64,000 nt of DNA, taken from positions 350,920,001-350,984,000 of the forward strand of contig OZ024741.1 of NCBI GenBank assembly GCA_964016885.1, written 5' to 3'. Both the position numbers and the translations under genes were made by a program. Within the stretch, counting starts at the first letter, position 1, and each line of letters begins with the position of its first letter. The notes beneath the pieces are model-generated. The model saw only the letters and a list, made by a program, of their open reading frames with translations, was not told the origin of the DNA and ran no database searches. This document shows positions 39,039 through 50,148 of the stretch, piece by piece. This DNA is from Eledone cirrhosa (Eukaryota).

Positions 39039-39146
39039 CTGATTTTCAATAATTGATGTTTGAGCTACTAACACAACAATAAGATTTCCTACTGCGACTG
39101 TCAACAACCAAGCTGCTTGAACGACAGATTTCATTGATATAGGAGC
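39039..39146 (-). CDS. SLC15A1/2-like exon (TM11)
   Basis: APISMKSVVQAAWLLTVAVGNLIVVLVAQTSIIENQ, cf. PepT1 APSNMKSVLQAGWLLTVAVGNIIV; AG/GT boundaries. Confidence 0.95.
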
Positions 39147-40683
39147 CTGTTAAGCAAACAAACAAAATTTAAACATATTTAAACACAAAAGGAGTCTAAA
39201 TATTCTGTACCTACTGTTGCTAAAAGCACATTGCAAAAAAAATAGGTTTTCTCTTTAGGGTACAAATACACTTTATCTTTAAAACAGCTACTAACCTATT
39301 ACACATTTTAAATATGTTCTACACTAGAGTATTGCTTGCATATTTAAGATAATGTACCCACAACAAAAAAGTTCCACTTACTGGTAATATTAACTCATAG
39401 CTAGACCCCTAGGGCATTCAGGTTATTTCAGACCTACTTTAACCATAGGATCCCTGTAGCACAAGAAACAGTACTTCACCATAAGAAAGAAAAAAAATTA
39501 ATTGGCCTCTGGTTCCTGCAGGGTCCCTAGGCATCAGCCTAGTCAGCCACATGAATAATATGGCTCTGGTCATACAGTATTCAAGAAAAAGCCATCAGCT
39601 TAATAGTAGAAGTGAAATAATCCAGAGGATAAAATATATTATTGTCACATCATAGGTATTTAGTTCAAATTCCCTATAGGATATAAGAAATCTCAATCAA
39701 CTCTGGATATGTCATGTTTTACTCAGTTCTGGGACAAAGCTGCATTAAATGAATTTGTTGAAAGTGTGGCAGTTAAGTATGTTGCATCCATTTTCATGTT
39801 TATACACAAACAAACTATTATAGGCTGAAGCAACATAATACTTGGTTGGTGTATGATAATCTTGAATATTTAATAAATCCAGAACAAAGTTAACAATAAA
39901 ATAATAATAAATTAAAAAATAATAATTTTTTAATTATTATTATTTGAAAAAATTATTTTATCAGAGAGGGACAATAACCATGTGGCTTCTAAAACTGGTG
40001 GGAAGGAGGAAAGTAACCTTAAATCAAAGACCTGTTCCAAATGCTTGCCAGGTTATGCTGTTAAAGTGAGTTTCAAATTAAATCTACCTCCCAAATAAGA
40101 TACAACAGGATTGGAACTCAAGGCACAAAGTGCAAATTTTCTAAATGTACCTAATTCTGTTTAAAACAAAAGAAACTCTACACATATCTGTCCTATCATG
40201 AATAATAAACAAAAGTTTGCATAAAAATTAACTTTTTTGATACCAAATCACTGAAACCATCCCTTGTTCTGTAATACAAATTGTTTTTTTATAGTGTTTA
40301 TATTTATCTAAACACCTTCAATCATAATTTTATGTAAGAATCTTTGCTAAATTATGTTCTAAACACCAGTTTAACTTTTTACTCTATATATACTATTGTA
40401 TTTTCATGGTAAACACTTTATCTCATATAATATTGAATCTACAAGATTTTCACGTTATTTATTTTGAGAACAATACCTTAACATCAGTATAAACAGCCAG
40501 TTATGGCTGGTTTGAACAGAAAGAGATGAGAGAATTCTGGTCGGATATGGCCAGTTTAAATGCTAAAGGGTTAATAAAGAGAAAGTTAATTATGTTACTA
40601 AATCCCTCCAAATTCTTGAATATTTTCAAAATTATTTGAAAACCAAATTAGAAATGTTGTAAAGAGTTAAAAAATAAACTTAC

Positions 40684-40815
40684 TTCAGAATAAGCAAATG
40701 TGAGACCAGTCACCGAGAACATCACTTCACCAATAGTAATTAGAAGGTACTGTGGTATTTGGAGTAACATTGATGCAGATGGTAAAATTAAGCCATTATA
40801 TAATTTTATATCAAA
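40684..40815 (-). CDS. SLC15A1/2-like exon (TM10)
   Basis: FDIKLYNGLILPSASMLLQIPQYLLITIGEVMFSVTGLTFAYSE, with the conserved QIPQY..GEV.FSVTGL motif; AG/GT boundaries. Confidence 0.95.
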
Positions 40816-41011
40816 CTGAAAAAAAAAGGAAAAATATGCATATGAAACAATATAAAATTATTTTATTATTTCTGTTATAAAAATAGAATTGCTCTGTTTT
40901 ATGTTGTTATTTATGGTGATAACAGAAAATGGAAAGGAGATATTTTATTCATTAAGAATATAACTTACACATTACAACAGGAAATGCTGGTGTTGCTCTC
41001 TAAAACATTTT

Positions 41012-41347
41012 AACAGCATTACTGCAGGCAATTAAAGCAATCGATACACTAACAGCATTACTGCAGGCAATTAAAACAACCCCATACACTCACAACATTA
41101 CTGCAGGCAATTAAAGCAACCCCATACACTCACAGCATAACAGCAGGCAACTGAAGCAACCCGATACACTCATAGCATTACTGCAGGCAACTGAAGCAAC
41201 CCCAAACACTCACAGCATTACTACAAGCAATCAAAGCAACCACATACACTCACAGCGTTACTGCAGTCAACTGAAGCAACCCCATACACTTACAGCATTA
41301 CTACAGGCAATTAAAGCAACCCCATATATTCATGACATTACTGCAGG
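41012..41347. repeat. 40-bp minisatellite, ~8.5 copies
   Basis: Unit cacagcattactgcaggcaattaaagcaaccccatacact, directly adjacent with no unique spacers. Confidence 0.9.
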
Positions 41348-41489
41348 TACTGTATATACTTGTGTATAAGCTAATCCAGATACAAGCAAACCTTCTCATT
41401 CTATGCCTGAGGAATGGACAACATTTCAAGCCCATGTATAACCGGGATAGCTAATCAACAATTTTTTTGATATCTAAAATGTTTTTAGG

Positions 41490-41710
41490 TGTCAACCTGT
41501 GACGTCCAAGACATTTGGTGGAGTCGGGCTGCTGACAGTGAAGTTCTTGTCATCGCTGATGGCTCGCCTTACTGAGGTGTCAGATAATGCCCGTGAGGAT
41601 GCCTGGTTGTTTCAGCGTCTTCGCCTCGCCATCACTTGTAACAACGCTGTGAGCGTGTTGTGCAGTTGATTGTCGCACTTGGTGGTGAATTGCCCCCTCC
41701 CCACACTTTT
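41490..41710 (+). mobile_element. 3' fragment of a CRE-like RLE non-LTR retrotransposon
   Basis: TFGGVGLLTVKFLSSLMARLTEVSDNAREDAWLFQRLRLAITCNNAVSVL matches the RLE C-terminus pattern ETxGxxG...WLFQRLSxAIxxGNA. Confidence 0.65.
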
Positions 41711-41939
41711 TTATATCTTTCTTTTTGCCTTTATATTTGTATATATTATATGTGTTTTCATTCTGTAAGCATTATATTATTATATCTTTATCATAGCAAT
41801 TTTGATCAAGAAATAATTTCTTTTGTTAAAAAAATTTTTTTAAAAATTAGAGTATAGTATTGATATATGATATTTTACTATTTTATCTATTTCATAAAGC
41901 TTCATTTTAGTTTTCTCTCTTTTAGTAAGTAACAGGTTT

Positions 41940-44900
41940 TTATTTAATAGGCTGTGTTCCCCCAAAGGGTGTTCTCTGCCTCGGTTGACCTGGTCCAAAA
42001 CCCAGACTCATCAGGCTGTCTTTTTCGGACCCCGCTGAGGTAATCTCATACCATCTGGCCTCTGTTAAAGCTGGGCGTGAAAATCGGATTACCTTCCGAA
42101 CACGCCCAGGCCTACCACCCCATGTACATCCAAAGCTCCATGCTGCAGCTTCCTTGAATCGGAACTCAGCACAACATGAAAGTTTTAGTCTGCGTGATGA
42201 TGGGCAGATCTGGAGGTTTGTTAAGGCTGGTGAAACGTGGAAGAGAGATGCCAGCTGGTCTGAGTGTGATCTGCCCACAGTGGCTGGCAATGAGAAAACG
42301 GCTACAGCTCTGGGAAACTAGGCCAGAACAACCTGCCACCCTCTACACACCATCATAAACTGCAAGCAGGGTACAAATTGTTGTCCTTAAATGCTCGCAG
42401 TTTATGCAACAAGATACATCTGTTTGAATCCTACGTCAGAAGCATCAACCCTAACTTCATCACAGTCACGGAAACATGGGCACATTCCTTACTCTGTGAT
42501 GGGGTTTTCAGCATTACTGGGTACAACCTTTTCCGCAAGGACCGCATTAATCGCTGTGGTGGTGGTGTGATGGTCTACGTTCGTTCAAACTTTTCGGTAA
42601 TTCCTTGCGTTGATTTGAACGAATCACAGGAAGAAGTTTTTATCTGTGACATACGTATGACCATGTCAACACTTCTGCTTGGTGTTGTTTATCACCCCCC
42701 AAACTACCATCAGGACACACAGCTTTGCGATATCCTCAGAGTTGCTGCCAAGAAAACAGCCACTTATGTGTTTATTGCAGGTGACTTCAATCATCCTGAG
42801 ATCGATTGAGAAACCTTTCATTGGCCACAAGGTGCAAACGATTTCCTTGAACTAGTGCTGGACTCAAACTGGTCACAAGTAGTCACCTCTCCAACAAGAG
42901 GTGACAACACTTTGGACCTGATCTTCACCACTACTCCTGAAGTGGTTATCAGTTGTACTACTGAGGAACCTCTAGGCGACTCTGATCATGCTATGATCAT
43001 TGCCAATCTGGCACTTGAGGGCAGCAACAAAAACCAGAGCCATTTCCAATCTGCTTGCTTTGATTGGAAGAAAGCAGATTGGAACTTGTATTGCACTGAG
43101 CTACAGCGCCCAAACTGGCATGAGATGTATAACTCTGGAGATGTGAAAACTATACTCCAGAGCATCCTGGACTCAATATGGATAGCGTGTGCAGCATCGG
43201 TGCCATGTAAGCAGAAAAAAAAACCACCCCAAAAGTGCAATTTGGGAAACTTCAGCGGTCCGACTTGCCAGGAAAGAACGTCGGAACACTGAACGGGAAT
43301 ATAAACTGCATAAATCAGATGCCAACAGAAAAAAGTGCATAGCAACCAATCCTGACAGTAAGGTGTTCTGGAAATATGTTCATTCAAAGCAGAGACCTCA
43401 CTCTCCAGTTGGTCCTCTTCGCAATCCCCACACAAACCAGATCACTGACGATCCCAAAGAATGTGCAGAACTCATTGTTGAGTGCTATGCAAGTATTTTT
43501 ACTGTTGAAAACCAGAATGTACCATTTCCACCATCTCTAACATCAAATTCCATAACAACTATGGAATTTACACCTGCAATGTTGTGACGTCACCTTAAGA
43601 ATAAGCACAACTATGCCTCCCCTGGTCTTGATGGTGTTACATACCTGCTTCTCAAGCGTGGCGGGTATTTCCTTTTGCGCCAGCTTTCTTTCTTCTTTCA
43701 ATACTGTCTCAACAATGGTGCTACTCCGGAGCAGTGGAAAACTGCTAGTGTGATTCCCCTGTTCAAAAAGGGCAACCGCATGTCACCTGTCAACTATCGT
43801 CCAGTCAGTCTTACTAGCTGTATGGCCAAACTGATGGAATCCTGTGTCAGAGAAACACTTTGGAACTTCTGGAGCTCTCACAGCCTCATCTGGCCCTCGC
43901 AGTTTGGATTTATCCCTAACTCCAGTTGCTGTGATTAGCTTATCGAGTTCCTTGAAGACATCACCAGGATCATTGACAGCAGCTCATGGGTGGATGTTGT
44001 TTACCTTGACTTTGCTAAGGCTTTTAATTCTGTGCCACACAAAAGACTTATGGCAAAACTCTCTGCAATGGGTGTGAGGGATGATCTTTTCGACTGGTTG
44101 AAATCCTTCATTCTCAGCCGAAAAGAAGTAGTTACGGTTCTAGGACAGCATTCTTCACCATATGAGATGTCATCTGGTGTACCACAGGGATCTGTTCTTG
44201 GTCCCCTTTTGTTTGTGGCATATATTAATGACATAGATGCCAACTTACAGAATGCCACGGTACTGAAATATGCAGATGACATCAAGCTGTACTTTGAAAT
44301 CAAAAGGACTGATCCTGAAATCTACAACTCTTTCCTACAATCGGACCTGGACACAATGCAGCAATGGATCACAGAAGCTGGCTGTGGACAAGTGTACCAC
44401 CATGCATTTTGGGAGGAAAAATCCAGCGTCCACATACTCCCTCCACAACACTGATATCAAGAAGTCCTCTTGTGAACATGACCTGGGCATTACTGTCAGC
44501 AGCGATTTGCGTTGGACAAAGCATGTCTCTAAGATTGTCAAGAAGGCCGAGGGTGTCTTGGCATCACTCAGCAAGACCTTTGTTAGCCGCTCTCCAGCCA
44601 TCTATTTAAAACTGTATACAGCTATGGTACGACCACACTTGGAATTTGCATCATCAGTCTGGAACCCCTATCTTGCTCAGAACATTGACCTCCTGGAAAC
44701 TGTTCAGAGACGTGCAACCAAGCGCATACCCTCCATCAGACACCTACCATACTCTGAACGCCTTGCTTCCCTGGGCATGGATTCATTGAAGCTCCAACGT
44801 CTGGCAATGGACTTGGTAAATACCCACAAAGTTATTAACTATCTCGCCAATTGCAACCCTGAGCACCTTTTTGATCTCCATGTGTCTAACACACGTGGAC

Positions 44901-45357
44901 ATGCCTACAAAATCAGAAAACAGCACGTAGACATTTTTTCACGCTCAGAGTTGCTGAAGCATGGAACAAACTGCCTGCATCAGTTATTAGCTGCCGAGAC
45001 ACTGCATCCTTTAAGACACTCATGCTTCCCGAAATACGCCAAAACTACACCTGATGTACCCCTTCCATACACATGCACACTTGTGTGTATCATGACTTGT
45101 GCACTGTTCATTTTCCTGATGTTTGTGCATTGCCCTATGTAGTGTACATGCACTTTTTGATGAGTTGTGGTGCACCTGGGCACTGTACACAATATTTCAT
45201 TATTATTATTATTATTATTATATCATGACTCATACACTGTTCATTTTCCTGACATTTGTACATTATTCTATGTACTATACATGCACCTTTGATGAGTTGT
45301 AGTGCACCTGAGCACTGTACACAATAATTTCATTATTATTATTATTATTATTATTAT
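41940..45357 (+). mobile_element. Decayed CR1/L2-group LINE (APE endonuclease + RT), with a duplicated 3' end
   Basis: LNARSL, TETW, GDFN, LDL, SDH (APE); NYRPVSLTS, QFGF, YLDFAKAF, GVPQGSVLGP, YADD (RT); VRPHLEFASSVWNP; stops and frameshifts; (ATT)n tails at about 45200 and 45340. Confidence 0.9.
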
Positions 45358-45407
45358 ACAAATCAAATGAAATGAGTACCTTAAAAAACTTAGAAACCAT
45401 TTAAAGA

Positions 45408-45463
45408 TTAATAACTTCACAAAAATGGATCTACAAGTAGATCCATTTTTGTGAAGTTATTAA
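45408..45463. repeat. Perfect hairpin, 27-bp arms with 2-nt loop
   Basis: ttaataacttcacaaaaatggatctac-aa-gtagatccatttttgtgaagttattaa. Confidence 0.9.
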
Positions 45464-45669
45464 ATCTTTAAGTTATTAATATTAAATCTCTATACAATGG
45501 ACTTGATACCCATATATTGTACAATAGGAAAATAAAAGCTTGTGCGAAAAAATAACTTTAATATATAAAATTCACAGAATAATTAAAAACAGAAATGTTT
45601 AATGACCTGGTCATCAAGCACTGGAACGAGTTTGAAAACACTGTTAAAAGTATAGCTTGTTTAGCCCTA

Positions 45670-46225
45670 AAAATGCAGGGCAATAAAAATAGACGGTAGC
45701 CACGGAGTAAGCAGACCCAGAAAAACCTGGGATGACTTGATAAATTCCGACCTCACACACTTACACCTCTCCAAGACAATGTCACTGGACCGAGATCTTT
45801 GGCGCTACACAGTAATACAGAAGACCCGCCTTACCTAAGTACAAAGTGAAACCTACTACAGTCAGTAGGCACCTCTAACAAAAATACACCCCCCGTCCCA
45901 CTATCCCCACCCCATCCACACCACCCCTTTCAATGTAATGTTATGTTGGTACCACAACATCCAATCCGAAACAAATGAGGTCGTGTAGGTGTCACAACAA
46001 AAAAAAACACACAGTCCACGCTGTAATGTGGCCGTGTAGGTAACACGGTAAAAACCTCCCAGTCCACACTGTAAACGTGGTTGGTGTTAGGAAGGGCATC
46101 CAGCCGTAGAAAACCCGCCAGACAGTCCTATGCGAGCAAGACAACCACTCTTGCCTCAATTGGGAAAACTCCTGTCCAAACCCATGCAAGCGTGGAAGAT
46201 GGACGTTAAACGATGATGATGATGG
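45670..46225 (+). mobile_element. RTE family A 3' fragment
   Basis: High identity to 30555-31245; (GAT)n tail. Confidence 0.85.
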
Positions 46226-46959
46226 TTACTCTATATATACTATTGTATTTTCATGGTAAATCACATAATATCGAATCTATGAGATTTTGAAAGTATTTAT
46301 TTTGAAAGTATTCAGTTTGAGCGACCAGTTACAGCCAGTTTCAACAGAAAGAGGTAGAGAATTCTGGTCGATTTTGGCCGGTTTGAACATTAAAGCGCTA
46401 GTGTTCCTTTATGAAATTTTTTTCATTTATTTGTTCATGCACGATAACGAAGGGAAATAACTCATGATGTAAAATTGAAATGTATATTTGTGTTCAGCAT
46501 TGTAAGCTTATTGTATAGAAATTTGTATTTAATTGTGGCAACATGTTTAGTATTGGAAATATAGATGTAGACATCCTTTAAAAACCATGTTCTTAAGAGT
46601 TCAGGTAATTATTTGCAGAGGACAAACCTTGTAAAATCCTAAATTTTTTCATTTAAACAGATTTAACATCTCTTGGTACAAGGTCTGAACTTTTCAAGTA
46701 TCTTCCAAGTAATTCTATGTGGGACTCCTTTATCATTTAATTGCCAGGACTATGCTTGTTCTCATATCAAGGTACTTAAAGGAGTGGAGATGCAAGAAAA
46801 TTCATTGTTTAAAAGATCTTGTACCATTTGTGTATTATTCTATGTACTATACATGCACCTTTGACGAGTTGTAGTGCACCTGAGCACTTTACAGAATAAT
46901 TTCATTATTATTATTATTATACCCACATATCTTTTGCTAGCTTCAGAATTTTCTGTGGT

Positions 46960-47520
46960 GGTGTGTCATCTCTGCCTATATACAATAGATTTTATATTAC
47001 ATTTCTGTTGCAGAGGGCAGTTCTCCTTAATCCCACAAGAGCAACTTGGATTTATGTCAGGTTTGTAATTTTTGATCCCATGGATGGCCACAGGAATAGG
47101 ATATCTTCACAGAATTCTGATCGAATATTTGACTATATCTATGTTGTGGAGGGAAATATCTATCAATTAAATCTAAAAACTTCTTACCTACATTAGTCTT
47201 TACATTAAGAAAATATGAAGGGCGTAACAAAGAGATTTTTTTCTGTTTACATTCTTAGTAAGGTTGGGCTGGGATTGATTTGATGTGTACTTAATCTTGT
47301 CCTTGAATCCACTATCTAGCAGGGCCTGGTTGTAATATGGCACAGCGACATCGAATATCTCGGAGGCTGATAGATTTGAGATTCTATGATTTATATTAGA
47401 AACTAGGTTTTCAAAAAGGGGGGGGGGGGCTTTATTAGGATTATTAAGCTTATTAGAATTATCAAGGTTGTCTAATGTAAAGATGTGTTTCCTGATTTTC
47501 ATATTATTGCTAAGGCTGAG
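46960..47520 (-). mobile_element. Decayed Penelope-like element fragment
   Basis: LVSNINHRISNLSASEIFDVAVPYYNQALLDSGFKDKIKY is homologous to the PLE ORF at 51318-52859. Confidence 0.75.
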
Positions 47521-47849
47521 ATAGTCTACTAAGGTGTAGTAGACTTAATACTATTTTCATTTAAAAGCCCATGGTATCTATGGTTGAGTGGAAAGTTTCT
47601 TTCTAATATATAAAAAGATATTTTTGGTATATTTGAAGCTAATTGCCAGCCAAATGGTGGATAAAACCAGGCAGAGCAATGGCGGTAGTTACTTTTCTTA
47701 AGGCTGAAAAAATTATATTATGGGAAATGTTAAAGGAAGGATTAATTGTACTTTGGACACACTGAATAATAGATGGGATGGTCATAGATAGAATGGGTCT
47801 GCTGTAATCTGGAACTCAAGAACAACTACATATTAAAGTAGAACTTTAC

Positions 47850-47970
47850 CTTATGTTTACGCCCATGGGGTACAATAACAACTGTATATGTAGCACCTGC
47901 TCTTAATTCTAATTGGTGTTGTGTTTTTACCCAATCACTGCTGTTTTTACCTTGACTATATACTGTATAC
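47850..47970 (-). CDS. SLC15A1/2-like exon (extracellular domain)
   Basis: tttcag acceptor, aag|gtaaag donor; YTVYSQGKNSSDWVKTQHQLELRAGATYTVVIVPHGRKHK (G.YT motif); phase consistent. Confidence 0.85.
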
Positions 47971-49579
47971 CTGAAACATAAATGATAACATTACATATAT
48001 GTGCAGTAGTTACACTAATATCATATATTTAATTACATTAAAAGAAAGGAGCCAAACATCAGATCAGACCAAGAAAATTATGCTTCCATTGGTATTTCCA
48101 TTGCTGACACTGTATGCCAGTTGCAACTTCTGGCAAAAGGCTGAATCATATACTGCAAAGCATCCTATCTGACTCTTTAACAATTTTCCCAATCTACTGC
48201 TCCTGGACTGGTACTTTATTTATCAACCATAAAAGGAAGAAAAGCAAAGATAACCACGGCAATTAATACAACAAAACTGAAAAAGATGTCACTCTCTAGA
48301 AATAGCAAACACTCTGCTCTTTTTAAGATGTTCGGAAAAGATTTGAACACATTACGTAATGTAGTCCTACATGCAGGCGTGTGGCCTAGTGGTAAGGGTG
48401 TTGGACTTATGATCATAATGTCATGAGTTTGATTCCTGGACTGGGTTGTGTGTTGTGTTCTTGAGCAAAACACTTCATTTCACGTTGCTCCAGTATACTC
48501 AGCTGTAAATGAGTACCAGCAATAGCTTGGGGTTTAACCCTGCGATGGACTGGCATCCTGTCCAGGGGGAAGTTTTGAATACTCAGTCACTTCACGCCAT
48601 AAAACTGGGAAAAGGACCGGTCTAACGAGCCTTCTGGCTTAAGACAGGCATTAGGTTAAGAAGTATACTTTGCTATCAGAAGGTCCAAGGTTTAATCCCT
48701 CAGCATGGCATCTTAGGTAAAGTGTCTTTATCATAGTCTCAGATCAACCAAAGCCAAGTGAGTGAAATTGGTAAGACAGAAACAATGTGGCTTATATCTA
48801 TAATTCAAAAGTCCAGCAATGTCATATACTGTGTCATATTTTAAAGGTACACCATCTATGTACTTAGCCACTTACACATTAATTTAACATACATAAATAC
48901 ATGTTTATATACATCCATATAACGTCCTAGCCCTAAGGTTAGTAAGCGGAGCTGCTACTAACTGAGCCACGTATACATGTACATCCTTAGAACAACCATG
49001 TCCACACAGTCATACATACACATATCTCTGTACATCTATACAAAAACAAACAGAACTCAGATCTAACACATACATACATGCATTTGCATAAATGCAAATA
49101 CATACATATATACAAACACACATGCATATACATTTATAACCATTAAATCACATTCATATATAAATGCAAACACAATCCCACAGATACTAGCATATCAACA
49201 GAAACACACACATACAGAGATACATAGCTACATATATACATAAATACAAACATCACTACAGGAACAGATACATAATACAAATCAACCTTTTTGATATGAC
49301 ACCATTTAAAACCAGCCCTGGTTCTACGATACAAAACTATTTGTTCTACAGAGCTTTTGTTAAGTTATGCTCCAAACACCAGCTTAATAAAGAGAAAGTT
49401 ATTTATATTTCTAAATCCATCCCAAATTTGATTATTTAAAAATTGTAGAGAGTATCTTTAATTAAAAATGAGGTAATGAAAACGTAAATTGACATTTTTT
49501 CAATGAATTTTTTAAATATTAAAAACATTTCCATTAAAAAAAAATCATTTTTTTTGTCTTTTCGTGTTGTTTTACTTAC

Positions 49580-49702
49580 ATTCCATCTTCAATATTCATA
49601 AAAGGGGACACAGACGTCTGGGTAGTGTTTATAATGTTCTCAGAAGAAGAAGATTTCAGTTTAATTTGAGAACCATAGGATATTGGAAGCATACTGAAGA
49701 AA
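49580..49702 (-). CDS. SLC15A1/2-like exon (extracellular domain)
   Basis: ttgcag acceptor, gtaagt donor; FFSMLPISYGSQIKLKSSSSENIINTTQTSVSPFMNIEDG; phase 2/2. Confidence 0.8.
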
Positions 49703-49797
49703 CTGCAATAAAAAAAATTGAACAATCTATAACAAATATTAAAGATGTATATTTTATGCAAAACATGTCACACTGGAGAGGGGATAGTAAGAGTGCA

Positions 49798-49833
<36 letters not shown>

Positions 49834-50077
49834 CAGTTGTGGTAGTGGTTAGTGGTAATGCTGGAAATTTTATTTTTTAGATCCGAGATTACTATATTAT
49901 TTGAGTGTTCATATATATATATATATGTATATATGCATATATATATATATAATGTAGGAGGTGAGTTTTATTGTAGCACAATAAAGCAATGCAAATATTG
50001 GATAAGTAGCACTCCACACTTTATAGGACTGGAGTATAAATAATATAAGATCAAAAGATGGTTAAAAGAGTTCCAAG

Positions 50078-50148
50078 TATTTTATTATGCGCATTTCAAA
50101 AACAAATATCATCATGGGATGATATTTGCGTTCTCATCAGATAAAATA
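50078..50148 (-). ncRNA. Type I hammerhead ribozyme in the PLE 3' pLTR
   Basis: Stem I tattttat/ataaaata, CTGATGA, stem II caaatatcatc/gatgatatttg, GAAA-TGCGCA-TA with palindromic stem III. Confidence 0.85.

Noticed and set aside
41012-41347. CRISPR-like periodicity
   Set aside because: Units are contiguous with no unique spacers, there are no cas genes, and the context is eukaryotic
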